Translations under genes and position numbers: made by a program
Part shown: positions 24,473 to 37,122 of the stretch, one piece after another
Numbering within the stretch: the first letter of the stretch is position 1
Layout: every line of letters begins with the position of its first letter
Notes under the pieces: model-generated
Databases searched by the model: none
Seen by the model: the letters and a program-made list of their open reading frames with translations, nothing else
Told to the model about the DNA's origin: nothing
Assembly (NCBI GenBank): GCA_050273025.1
Contig: CP158635.1
Coordinates: forward strand, 23,002,001 to 23,066,000
Direction of reading: 5' to 3'
From: Cenococcum geophilum
Lineage: Eukaryota
Length of the DNA: 64,000 bases

Positions 24473-27400
24473 CAGTGATCACCCCCCCTCCTTAGCGAGT
24501 TGCAGATTCGGTACGCGCATCCAATTTCGCCTGGTTGCCACCAGCTGTACATAGTAATTGTAGCGAACGGCTGTGGCTGCACGCAAGGTCCTTTTTGGTT
24601 GCCCTAGAGAATCGCCTTGGTTGGCCAGGAGAATCAAATTAAAGACAACGCTTCCTTTTCTCCCCCTTAACTATGCCCGGGGTGCAGCTCGCCAGGGTCA
24701 CGGAAAAGTTGAACGAGGTCACCGATGGGGGTCGGCGAAAGCTGAACGGGGTCACCGATGGAGCGCCGGGAAAAGGTCGGCGGGGCCACACTTTTAGCCA
24801 TACAGAACGCGCATCAACAGCCACAATTTACCTTAGTACTGTATGCACTGAATATGCAATGCATATGCTAAGCATATATATGCATCCTATAAAAATATAT
24901 TGTGGTATTAACTGCCCGGCTAATCCTCGGTCAGCTGAAAAATCATATATTTAGCTAGCCACCTAGGTTAGATTTAAGGATCTCCTTAGTGTTACTAGCG
25001 CTAAGCTAAGGAGATTTACGTATCTAGGGCCACCTACTAATTAAGCCGCTAATTAACGCCGACCGTAGGGTAATTAGGGCTATTAAGGCCCTAAGTATAT
25101 ATAAAAAAGTCCTCCTTACCTATCCTTAATTGCGGCAGCATATTTACTATTATACCTATTATATAAGATAGCGCTAACTAACCGCGTAGAGATTAATATC
25201 GCTAATAATGCTAAATTACGCGCTAACGTGTAGTATATCCTCGCCTTTACGTATGCCGTAAGGCCTAAGAATATATCTTTAACGTATAATCCAAAGCAGA
25301 AGGAGTTTAAGGTAATACCCCCCCCCCTTCTAAAAGTATTGCGGCCTATTATAGCTAACGCGTTATCTAGTTTTAGGCCTTCTATAAATAGAAGCAGTAT
25401 TATAACAGTAATACCGTTACGGAGGATAAACTACTTCTCTTTCTTATTAAGGAGGTTATAAGCTAGCCCTTAAAAGGGAAGAGCCGTAAAGCTAATATTA
25501 ACGTACCCTAAGAGGAAACGCGGCTCTTATAGCGGTTAGTTTACGGCTATATTACTACTCTAACGGACCTCTATTAGATATAGAAAGCTATAGAAATAAA
25601 CAGCTACCTATTTTTATAGGAGGATAGCGTTAGGGAGTACCTAAAGACGCTATAGCGGAGGGATATATAGCATAAGAAAGAGCAGTTCGCTAATAAGAGT
25701 AGAGATACCCTTCTTAACGGCTATACCAAGGATAAGTTCTAGAGCGTTTACCGTAAGCTCTAGGCTAGGGGCGCCGTTTTATCCCTAAAGTGCTACTTCC
25801 ACACACTTATTAATATCCTACTAGGCTACTATATATTTACCCGCGGTAGTAATAAACACTCCGCTAAGATCTTAGATCTATTTACCTTTAAGTTTAAGGG
25901 TAAAGGCCCTACGCGCTATATGCCCTTAATATTTACTATACGCGTAGGTAAGTAGAACCAGTATAACTACCTTAAGACTATTAGGGCCCTACGGAATAGA
26001 AAGCTGCTTATTTATATGCTTAGTAGGCTAGCTTTTTATCTCTTATACCGCTAGGATCTTAGTATAGAGCTATTTTTAGACTTTAATAGGTGCTTAGTAT
26101 AGTATAATATACGCCTAATTAAGGGCGGTAGGGACTGTAAGGCGGCCCTCTTATATAACTTATAGCAAGATTAGGTTGTAAAGGCCTTTTAGTATATTAG
26201 CGTCTTCTTAGAGAAGAAGATATATATTAGGCAGAGCGCTAGCGCTAAGACGGTGGAGCTAAAGGGGGTTAGTAAGGACTAGATTTAGCGCGCTAGGAGG
26301 TAAAACTAAGAGTAAATAGTAGGCTGTTACTTAAACTCTCTCCTATAAGAGTTTATAAGGTTAATAGTAGGGCACCCCTTATAGATAGGCTGTTTTAAAA
26401 TCCGCTATATAGGTATTACGCCGCCTAATATACTGCTATTAATAATATAGCCTAAACTAGATAAATAAAAGGGCCGTTTTAGCTTATAGCTATATTAGAT
26501 TAATAACCTTACCGCTATAGGGGTTATAAACCTTCTCTTTTACCTTTATAAGGTTATTCTATAGGACTTAGTAGCCCTCTATAAGATATTCCTAAGCTAT
26601 CTAGTATAAAGCTACCCTATCTTTTAGTATAAGGTATATAAGGCCTTTATATAGGATCTAGAGCCCTACTTATAGGAAGAGGGGAGCCTAAATTAGCTAT
26701 TAATTTTCTACTAAGCTATGCTACTCCTTGCTAACTAACTAAAGGCTTTATGCGCCGAATATAAGCAGATAGCTAGTAAGGTTAAGGGCTTATTAAACTA
26801 TTTAGATAAGTCCTAGTAGGCCTAATCTTTATAGCTTTAATTACTAATATTTAAAGGCCTTATATTTTAACTAGAAGCCCCTTTAGCTATAGCTATAGTA
26901 GTAGCTATAGTATAGCCTTAGGGCCGGTTTACTAACCCCCCACGTCCGCCTATAGAAGCAGCCTCTTTAACTCTATTTATTACGGGATCTAGTAGATATA
27001 TATTTACTTAGGTAAGTACTATAGGCTCTTCTTCCTATATAGCTTTGCCACCACCACTGCTCTAATAGCTATAGCCGTAGCCGTAGCTAAAGCCTAGGTT
27101 TAGGTCTCTACCTATATACTATATAAGCCGCGTAGTAAACTCTATATAGGCCCTTTAGCGTAAGTAGACTAAAGGGCTAGAAGGTAATTCTTTTATAGTA
27201 GCGCTAGATTCTAAATAGGGTAGTAAATAATAGGCTAGCTGGTAAAAGGAGGTTTAATAGTACTCCCTATAGCTTAAGGTTATTAAGGAGATTAAGCGGG
27301 TTATGTATGTTTAGAAAGTTAGCGAGGAAGCGGCTATATAGTAGGTTAATCTACGGCAGGAGTAGATATAGTACTTACTAGATTAGCTTTATAAATAGCT

Positions 27401-28567
27401 TTAAGCGGGTAAAAAGGTTTTAAAATAGTTATATATATAACTTCTAATAAGATATTAAGAGGTTTTTTATTAAAACCTTCGTCTATAGCCCCCTAAAGGC
27501 TTATTTTAGTACTATATAAGTTTAATAGGGTGCTTTAGGGTAGTAGCGCGTAACTTAAAATATGAATATCTTTATTAACCTATGGCCGATTCTTACTATT
27601 CTAGTATAAGTAGAAAGCGCTTAGTAGGCTCTACGCATAGCGCTTAATGTGTATTAAGAGTATAGCATTACTGGCGATTAAAAATTGACTGTGGATATAG
27701 GGTAATATCTATAGTTACTAAACGCACGGACCTCCTCGCCTGCGTAATCGTGACTTAGCCGCTAATTCAGCTATATAAATGTACCTATAGATATACTATT
27801 GGTATTTAAATGGCTTATTAGTAATATATTGGCGGCATCTACTTAGTATATACTAAGTGTATACTAAGTATATGCCTAGTATAAGCTTAGTATATACTAA
27901 GTAGATACTATTAAACAGCCTACCTTATATAGAATACAAAGGTAATACTTTAAAAGGTAGTATATAAGGGAGTAAAATCTTAGATAAATTTAGTATAGTG
28001 TGTAGACTTAGCATATACTACGTATATGCTAAGTCTATACACTACATATACGGGGATATTTTAATAACTTAAATTATTAATTTTATTATAGCATATGCCC
28101 TATATATGCCACGCATATAACTTATAATTTTTATTTATTAAATACTTTAAATTCTATAAAATAAAATAAAAATGTTTTGTATATGCACTGCATATGTATA
28201 AAGCTTAGCGGGGTTAGAAGTTAAGCGTGGTCTGAAAGGTTCTGACCCCGTTTAACTTCGTGACCTTGCCGAGGTTTTCCATGACCTTGCCGAGCTGTAA
28301 GCCTAACTATGCCTCCATTATGCCCGCCAAAACGTGAATACAATGCTGTCTCTGCAGAGAGGTTGACGAAATTTGGCAATATTGTACGGGTGGAAGCCTT
28401 ACGATATTTGACAAAGATCACGACATTGCGGAGGAAGGCCGCTAGAAGTGATGTTCTTGTAGCCAAGTATACGGCTTCGCTACAATTACTATATACAGCT
28501 GGTGGTAACTAGGCGAAATTAGATGCGCGTACTAAATCTATAACTTGTTAAGGAGGGGCTGGTCGTG
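24473..28567. mobile_element. Tc1/mariner-type non-autonomous element with ~95-bp TIRs, containing a nested Crypton
   Basis: TA|CAGTGATCACCCCCCCTCCTTAGCGAGTTGCAGATTCGGTACGCGCATCC... is the reverse complement of ~28475-28567 (RIP variants), which is followed by TA. Confidence 0.8.
24668..28313 (+). mobile_element. Crypton (tyrosine-recombinase transposon) copy 1, RIP-mutated
   Basis: With RIP changes reversed, motifs read EGPTRCMPL, HIGR...IRRAGRW...GCYL and a GCR1_C-like C-terminus (MSRAVNSV.ALWREW..GL). Terminal 10-bp direct repeat TAACTATGCC and subterminal inverted repeats. Confidence 0.88.
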
Positions 28568-28569
28568 TA

Positions 28570-31480
28570 CATTAATAGTATATCTATAGGTATATTTGTA
28601 TGGCTGAATTAGCGGCTAAGTTACGATTACGCGGGTGAGGAGGTCCGTGCGTTTAGCGACTGTAGATATTACCCTATATCCACAGTCGATTTTTAATTGC
28701 TAGTAACGCTATACTCTTAATACCTATTGAGGGCTATGCGTAGAGCCTGCTAAGCGCTTTCTATTTATACTAGAATAGTAAAAATCGGCTATAGGTTAAT
28801 AAAGATATTTATGTTTTAAGTTGCGCGCTACTACTTTAAAGTACCCTATTAAACTTATACGGCACTAAAATAAGCCCCTAGGGGGCTATAGATAAAGGTT
28901 TTAATAGAAAACCTTTTAGTATCTTATTAGAAGTTATATATATAACTATTTTAAAGCCTTTTTACCTACTTAAAGCCGTTTATAAAGCTAATTTAGTAAG
29001 TACTATATCTACTTCTGCCGTAGATTAACCTGCTATATAGCCACTTTCTTACTAACCTTTTAGAACTATATAACCCGCTTAATCTTCTTAATAACTTTAA
29101 GCCGTAGGGAGTATTATTAAACCTCCTTTTACTAGCTGGCCCGCTATTTATTACCCTATTTAGAATCTAGCGCTATTATAAAAGGATTACCTCTTAGCCC
29201 TTTGGTTTACTTATACTAAAGGGCCTATATAGAGTTTACTACGCGGCTTATATAGTATATAGGTGGAGACCTAGACCTAGGCTCTAGCTACAGCTACAGC
29301 TATAGCTATAACTGTTACGGTAGCGGCGGTGGCGAAGCTATATAGGAAGAAGAGCCTATAGTGCTTACCTAGGCAGATATATATCTGCTAGATCCCGTAA
29401 TAGATAAAGTTAAAGGGGCCGCTTCTATAGGCGGACGTAGGGGGTTAGTAGACTAGCCCTAAGGCTATACTATAGCTACTGCCGCAGCTATAGCTAAAGG
29501 GGCTTTTAGTTAAAATATAAGGCCTCTAGATATTAGTAATTAAAGCTATAAAGACTAGGCCTACTAAAACTTATTTAGATAGTTTAATAAGCCCTTAACC
29601 TTACTAGCTGTCTGCTTATATTTAGCGCGTAGAGCCTTTAGTTAATTAGTAAGGAGTAGTATAGCCTAGTAGAGAATTAATAGCTAATTTAGACTCCCCT
29701 TTTTCTATAGGTAGGGCTCTAGATCCTATATAAAGGCCTTATATACCTTATACTAAAAGATAGGGTGGCTTTATACTAGATAGCTTAAGAATATCTTATA
29801 AAGGGCTACTAAGTCCTATAGAATGACCTTACGGAGGTAAAAGAGAAGGTTTATAACCCCTATAGTAGTAAGGTTATTAATTTAATATAGCTACGGGCTA
29901 AAATAGCCTTTCTATTTATTTAGTTTGGGCTATATTATTAATAGCAGTATATTAGGCGGCGTAATACCCATACGGTAGATTTTAAAGCAGCCTATTTATA
30001 AGGGGTGCCTTACTATTAACCTTATAAACTCTTATAGGAGAAAGTTTAAGTAATAGCCTACTATTTGCTTTTAGTTTTACCTTCTAGCGCGCTAAATCTA
30101 GTTCTTACTAACCCCCTTTAGCTCTGCTGTTTTGGCGCCGGCACTTTACCTAATATATATCTTCTTTTTTAAAAAGATGCTAATATATTAGAAGGCCTTT
30201 GTAACCTAATCTTGCTATAAGTTATATAAAAGGGCCGCCTCGCGGTCCCTACTACCCTTAATTAGGCGTATATTATACTATACTAAGCGCCTACTAAAGT
30301 CTGGAAATGGCTCTATACTAAAATCCTAGTAGTATAAAAGATAGAAAGCTAGCCCGCTAAGTATATAAATAAGTAACTTTCTATTCCGTAGGGCCCTAAT
30401 AGTCTTAAGGCGGCTATATTAGTTCTACTTACCTATATATATAGTAAATATTAAGGGTATATAGCGTATAGGGCCTTTACCCTTAAACTTAAAGGTAAAT
30501 AGATCTAAGATCTTGGTAGAGCGTTTATTGCCACTATAGGTAAGTATATAGTGGCCTAGTAGGATATTAATAAGTGTGTAGAAGTAGCACTCTAGGGATA
30601 AGGCGGCGCCCATAGCCTAAAGCTTACGGTAGACGCTTTAGAACTTATCTTTAGTATAGCCGTTAAGGAGGGTGTCTTTACCCTTATCGGCGAACTGCTC
30701 TTTCTTACACTATACGTTCCTCCGTTATAGCGTCTTTAAGTACTCCCTAACGCTATTCTCCCGCGGAAACGGGTAGCTATTTATTTTTATAGCTTTCTAT
30801 ATCTAATAGAGGTCCGTTAAAGCGGTAATATAGCTATAAACTAACTGCTATAAGAGCCGCGTTTCCTCTTAGGGTATATTAATATTAGCTTTATAGCTCT
30901 TCTATTTTAAGGACTAGCTTATAACCTCTTTAATAAAAAAGAGAAGTAGCTTATCCTCTGTAATAGTATTACTATTATAATACTACTTCTATTTATAGAA
31001 GGCCTAAAGTTAGATAACGCGTTAGCTATAGGCCGCGATACTTTTAAAAGGGGGGGGTATTACCTTAAACTCCTTCTGCTTTAGATTATACGTTAAAGAC
31101 ATATTCTTAGGCCTTATAGCACGCGTAAGGGCGAGGATATGCTATACGTTAGCGCGTAATTTAGTATTATTAGCGATATTAATCTCTACGCGGTTAGTTA
31201 GCGCTATTTTATATAGTAGGTATAATAGCAGATATACTGCCGCGATTAAGGATAGGTAGGAAGGACTTTTTTATATATACTTAGGGCCTTAATGGCCCTA
31301 ATTACCCTATAGTTGGCGTCGATTAGCGGCTCAATTAGTAGGTAGCCCTAGATACGCGAATCTCCTTAGCTTGGCGCTGGTGGCGCTGAGGAGATCCTCG
31401 AATCTAACCTAGGTGGCTAGCTAAATACGTGATTTTTCGGCTGACCAAGGATTAGCTAGGCAGTTAATACCACTATATAT
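28570..31480 (-). mobile_element. Crypton copy 2, same family as copy 1, both termini lost
   Basis: Reverse complement of ~24895-27800, with independent RIP differences. Confidence 0.88.
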
Positions 31481-31491
31481 ACAATTATCTA

Positions 31492-32918
31492 CAGAAAGTC
31501 ATTAGTCGATTTGGCGAATACGAGATTAAGCCACCACCATATAATACTTTAATCGTTATTTACCCCCCCTTCTACCACCCTATACACCAACTATGGTATA
31601 TAAAAAGAAAATAAATCAACAGGAGCACCCTCCTAAGGTTATTTCGGTAATATGGGCCCCATATTATATAGGGCACTCTGCCTTAAAAATATAACTTAAA
31701 AATGGGCTGCTAAAGCCAATAATTATATCGAATATAAAAATACCCTAGTAACCCCTTTTCGTAAAGCTCTATATACGGGATATCCTCTAAAGCTTAACAC
31801 ACGAGCCAAATAACGTTTGGTAAGGTTTATAGCCAACCACCCCTTTAAAATAACTACCTCCCTATTAACACCGTTAAAATCGGGTTACCGCATGCATATT
31901 AATACTACGCGATATTACCTCGCTAAAAACTACTACTATACCTTCCATCCTCGGAAGAAGCCTTATCTAAGGCCTTACTATAAGACTTTAAGGCTCCAGT
32001 AGGCCCAAATATACGGGAATTTAGAGTTAAGCGACTGGGCTCTAGTTAGCTTTTCTGATGAATTGATATTCGAGCTTAGAATTAACTTAAGGCCCCCCTA
32101 GCCACATCGCAAAATAGGCAAAGCCTATAATTTAAAGAACCTTAAGCCTACATTTAAATCAAGAAGAAGCTCCGTAGGTATTTAGGGTAAGATCTTACTT
32201 AAATTTAAGGGAGTGTCACGGAACCCCACCGCAGGGGCCTCCATAGGAGAACCCCGTGCTCTCGCGTACACCTCACGTACAGCTTATATCAGCTACGCGT
32301 AGGTATATCACCTCCTTACGCCCTTGACCCTTACAATCAATCGCGCAATGTCTTATAAACTCCTTGAATACATACGCTCTATAGCCACTACCCCCGTCCC
32401 GTAATAGGGAGGATTTATAATATTAAAGAAAGGAGTATGGATAAACTCTTATAGGTATATTAATAAGATCCTAATACCCTATACGGCTCCTTTCTACGCT
32501 AAAAGAACACTTAAATACGGTAATGATGTTTTTATATAGGACGGAGCTGGATACTATACATTAAAGGCTACCTTACAGCACCTTAAAGATCTTAAAATAC
32601 AGGTGCTTCCTTAGTCTACGCGGTCGCCCGATTTAAATCCTATTAAGCACCTTTAGAGGATTATAAAGCTTTAGATATCTAAGAGGTGCTACTTAATTAA
32701 TAATCTACAAGAGATGGAGGCTATACTATAAGAGAAATAGGACAAATTAACCGCTACCAATTAGAGGGCGTGTATTAAGAGTATAAGGAGGCGTTACGAA
32801 TTAGTAATTAAAGCTAAGGGAGGCTCAATTAAAAATTAGGGCTTTGCTACACTAAAATATTCTCTAGATACAAATCTATTATACATTTAAATTGCTTCAG
32901 GATTGCTTGCGAATTGCT
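31492..32918 (+). mobile_element. Tc1-like transposon A, RIP-mutated, 3' TIR missing
   Basis: Starts TA|CAGAAAGTCATTAGTCG. FSDE, QDGA-like and SPDLNPIKHL motifs, ending KAKGGSIKN*. Confidence 0.82.
32214..32406. mobile_element. Solo LTR (193 bp)
   Basis: TGTCACGG...CCGTAATA (RIP form of CCGTGACA) with TSD GGGAG at 32209-13 and 32407-11. Confidence 0.85.
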
Positions 32919-33666
32919 TACAGAGTCCAAGGGCTAGGCGAAAAAGTCGTCCACGCCAAATGCCTTGGCGTGGCCCCACCATACAATTCCTTACCAAACC
33001 GTCACTTTGAGGCACCACAACACCACAACCACGCTTGTGAGGCTACTCGCATGTATATAGAATTGAAATCTCATTATTTTTGTGGCGGTTACCACTTTGT
33101 TCGCCCTCCCTCGGCATCTACGCACTCCTATAGCCTCTGTGGCATAGTGTCTATCAATTTATCTATCTCCTCCTAATTAATTGCGTCCCATTTAGCCTGC
33201 AGCCAGTCCTTAAGCTCCTTAGGACTACTAGCCCTTTTCCTATAGTTCTTAAGACGCTATTTAAGAATGCGCTAAACATGCTCTATTACCAAAAAATTAG
33301 GAGATTATAGTAGGTTAGTGTAGTAAGGAATTCTAAGCTTTTCTTTTAAGCGCGCTGCTAGGTTTATTTTACTATAAGTACTATACCCTTAATTATTATC
33401 TTTTTATAAAAGGAAATCTCTTCCTTTTACTTAGGTAGCGCGCTATACCTTAATAATATAAGGCCTAAAAATCTCCCTAATATACCGCTCCTAGGTGAGA
33501 TTTCTACTACCTAGCTTGGCTTTTTTAAAACCCTTATAGTAAGTGTGTTTATATACTTACTTATTCTTATACTTATACTTATACTTATAACGCCACTACT
33601 CTCTCTCTTTCTCTCTAGCCTCTTATATATACTAGCGTACTTATTTTTAAGGTTCTCTTTAGTAAG

Positions 33667-34354
33667 TATTACAGCACTAGCAGAAAATGGCAGAACTTAG
33701 TAGAAATTGGCAGAACTTTACTGTAACGGAACCTTGTAGCAGGAACTACGATGGGTTCTGTCAATGGGCTAGGTGTGTAGGAAATGCAAAGACAGTAGTT
33801 AATAACGTAATAATAACTGGTGGAGTGGTTGCCTAACAGATTAACTCCAATTGTATTCTGAGAATTACTATGAGGAAGGAACTATCTAGGTAGGGACTGA
33901 GGGTCCTTAAATACACAACCGTACTCCTAAGAAAGTTGTTGCTCTGTCTGCTCTGTCTGCTCTGTTCGCTCTGTCACAGATCTCGTAGATCACACAGATT
34001 ACACAGATCACATCACGTGACTCTGCTTACTATTCCTCGTCACATGGTTCCACGGGTTCCATTCTGGACCGTGCTTGTATTAACTAACTAGCTTCTTCCG
34101 ACTCTTCTCCAAGTAGTCGTAACATCGTACTTAAAGCGTCCGTAACATTTACAGCCCTCTTTACTAGCAAGTTGCTATAGATTGCCGTATATTGTGGTTA
34201 TATAACGCGAAGACCTTATAAAACATTAAGCGGCGCTACTCCTCTTCTCCTTTCCTTTCTTTAGCTTTAGATCCTCGTTTATAGACAGTCTAATTATATA
34301 GGCTTACGCGTCCCTCTTACTGTGCTTGTACCTTAATTAACCAAGTCGCTAATA
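33667..34354 (+). mobile_element. Solo LTR, same family as 52147-52358, interrupted by another solo LTR
   Basis: TATTACAGCAC...GTCGCTAATA with TSD GTAAG at 33662-66 and 34355-59. Confidence 0.85.
33722..34147. mobile_element. Solo LTR (426 bp)
   Basis: TGTAACGGA...TCCGTAACA with TSD TTTAC at 33717-21 and 34148-52. Confidence 0.88.
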
Positions 34355-34659
34355 GTAAGCTTCCTATTTAGCTGCCTCCTAATTTATTTCTACCTTAGGA
34401 TCTATAATCTCTTCCTCTTTATAAAAAATTAAGGGTGGCCAGCTATTTTTCTATACTATACTCTACGCGTAAAGAACCGAGCTGCCTAGCTTATACTTAA
34501 ATTGGCAGTAATCTAGGTAATTACGCTTAGAGCGTTGCCGAATAACCTACTTAGTGCGGTTATTATTAAGTTAAAAATAAACCTTATCTATAAACCTAAC
34601 GGCACACTAGATAGAGGATAGGTAGTCCTTCTATTTATTAGAGAACTCCAGCCTTTTAT

Positions 34660-34990
34660 CCCTTGCATCGATAGTGTACTTAGAGATGTGGCCCGTGCAC
34701 GCGATCGAAGAACATCAACTTCCTTACGTCAATAGGCTTCCACGAACTAAATTTGGTGTAGATTATGTCGCATACCCCTCTGCAAGACGGGGCCGTGTTA
34801 GCAAGAGCATGTAGATTAACTTAATATCGAAGAACGAAGCTCTATATATAATATGCGTACGAAATTTGACATATTTATGGCCTCAACTACGGGCCGGTTA
34901 TCTGGCAGAACGATCGACCGCCTACATATGCAGCTTCTTGATTGGCGCGCACGGAGCACAGCTCTAAGGACGCGTTTATCGATGCAAGGG
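34660..34990. mobile_element. MITE (CCCTTGCAT family), copy 2, opposite orientation to copy 1
   Basis: TIR CCCTTGCATCGATA / TATCGATGCAAGGG, 331 bp. Confidence 0.85.
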
Positions 34991-35650
34991 ATAGGTATTA
35001 TTCTCCTAAATATAGGTCCTCTGGCATACTTTGCACTTAAAATATCTATGCTTATTAAACGCGTTTTTAACCATCTCTTTATCTTTAACTTCTAGACAGT
35101 ATTTAAGCCTTAGGTCTTCCTATAACCAAATCTTATTAAGGTAATTGCCTTCCTTAACGTACTCAATTATTCGCTTTAATTTAGCCTCTCTAATCTTATA
35201 TGGAGCACCTATATTAGGAGTATAACTGCGGCGCGCGTAATAATTAAATCCCTCCTTTTTCTAGCGCCGCTGGGTCCTTTTTAGGACGCTATAACGCTTG
35301 CGGACATCTTTGTATGATTTTCCAGCGTCCAATTATCCTAGGGCCTTATTTTTAGTAGGTATGTCCTATTTGAGAGCTTTATTAGGGCTATCTTTAGGCT
35401 ATCGCAGCTGGCACTTAGGGGTTCTTTATTTATATTGCTTCGCAACGCAATTAATACCTAAATTGTGGGTAATAGGCTAGCGTATAGTAATAGAAAGATT
35501 CTATAGGCTTTAGGCTTTAAAATAAGCTATTATTTGTATATATTGAGTGCGTGGTTATGGGGTTGTGAGGGTGCGAAGTTATAAGTAGGTGTTTTCGCGT
35601 GGGGTAGAAATTATCGATAGGTGTTTTTAGCTTCGGCTAATAACTCTCTG

Positions 35651-36696
35651 TCAGCTGGTATCTCGAGCGGCAATTACGACATTGGCACTCTTCCGACTGG
35701 GGCTGCTCAGGCACCGGTCGATTCAGCTACGTCATTCCTCCTCTGGAAGCTATCAAAGCGCGCGCTAAAACATGTGCAATAACCAATAACACTATCTTGG
35801 CTAATTCAGATGGTCTTGCGAGCCTTGCGCCATCGCCACTAGACGTCATCGCCACCAGACGTCTGCATACTCTTTCTCAAGCCATGGAGTACCGAAGGCG
35901 AGGACCGTATTTCCTCGGCAGCTGAATGTAACTCCACTGCAGTGGTAGCAAATGTGGCGGCCACTTGACATACTTCCCTTTGCCTTAAATCCCAACGTTA
36001 CAGCGATTCTCGCAGCATATGCCCGGCCAAGAGACAGGAAATAGCATCGTTGATGTGCTCTGGGGAGATGTAAACCCATCCGGTCGTCTACCCTATACCA
36101 TCGCCAACTCTGAAGGCGATTATGAGAAGAACATTGTCAACAGCATCGCATTTCTCACTACTACTGACCCGAATGCATAGCAGGCAGACTTTTCAGAAGG
36201 CCAAATGACAGATTATCAGTACTTTGACTCCAGGAAAGAATCAGTTCTTTACGAGTTTGGCTTCGGACTCAGCTACACCAGCTTTGCGCTCTCTAATCTT
36301 GAGGTCAACAAACTTTCACGCGGTGCTATCACACTTACTCCATCACCGAACGCTCCGATCCTTCCCGGAGGAAACTCCAAGCTCTGAGACACCCTCTTCC
36401 GCGTTGGTGTCACCGTCAAGAATACCTGCAAAGTTCCTGGAGCGGCAGTTCCTCAGCTATATCTCTCCTTTGGCTCGGAAGCTGGCGAAGGCACTCCGGT
36501 GAGGGTATTGCGAGGGTTCGAGAAAGTCAGCTTGCAACCAGGCCAAAGCTCGGCAGTGAACTTTGCCTTGATGAGAAGAGATGTGAGCTATTGGAATACG
36601 GTGACGCAGCAGTAGACGATTCTGAAGGCAGGAGTGAAGGTGGCGGTGGAATTCGGTTCGAGGAATCTGACGCTTAGCGGATCTTTGAGTGTTTAA
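35651..36696 (+). pseudogene. GH3 beta-glucosidase pseudogene, 3' half
   Basis: [41 protein letters not shown] and LRGFEKV (Fn3-like domain). Trp-to-stop changes and frameshifts. Confidence 0.88.
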
Positions 36697-37122
36697 GTGC
36701 TATCCTAATATTTTTGATAAGGCTTATGCGGCAATAGAAGACGTGTGGTCGATGACAATTTCATGCTGTATCGTGCCCTGCTATCCTTTTGAGATTGCCG
36801 CGATGGGATTTGTGCGAAGTTATTCGATGTCGGTGATCACCGCCCTATGGCGCTTTGCAAGGAGATAGTAGGGCCCCTTCTGCGATTCATGCTCACTGTA
36901 AGCATGACATAACGTACGTGTTGCGTCTTTACATGACAGCCATTCAAACGCCAACGGCAGATTACTCATCCCGAGCGGGGATGCTTGGGTCTCTACTAAC
37001 AGGATCAACATAGTTGATGCAAACCATCAAAGCCTCGCAAATAATTATTACCCCGCTTCAAAATATGTGATAGATATTCTCCGGAGAATTATTCTCAGGA
37101 CATTGGAAATAGCCTCATCGTC

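Larger units (their letters stand above)
32921..35650 (-). mobile_element. Tc1-like transposon B, RIP-mutated, with nested LTRs and a MITE
   Basis: Minus-strand transposase remnants (DIPTKNKALG.LDAGKS, YFKCKVCQR, KRLEFS, C-terminal GGRTKW*). 5' TIR CAGAGAGTTATTAGCCG at 35650. Confidence 0.8.
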
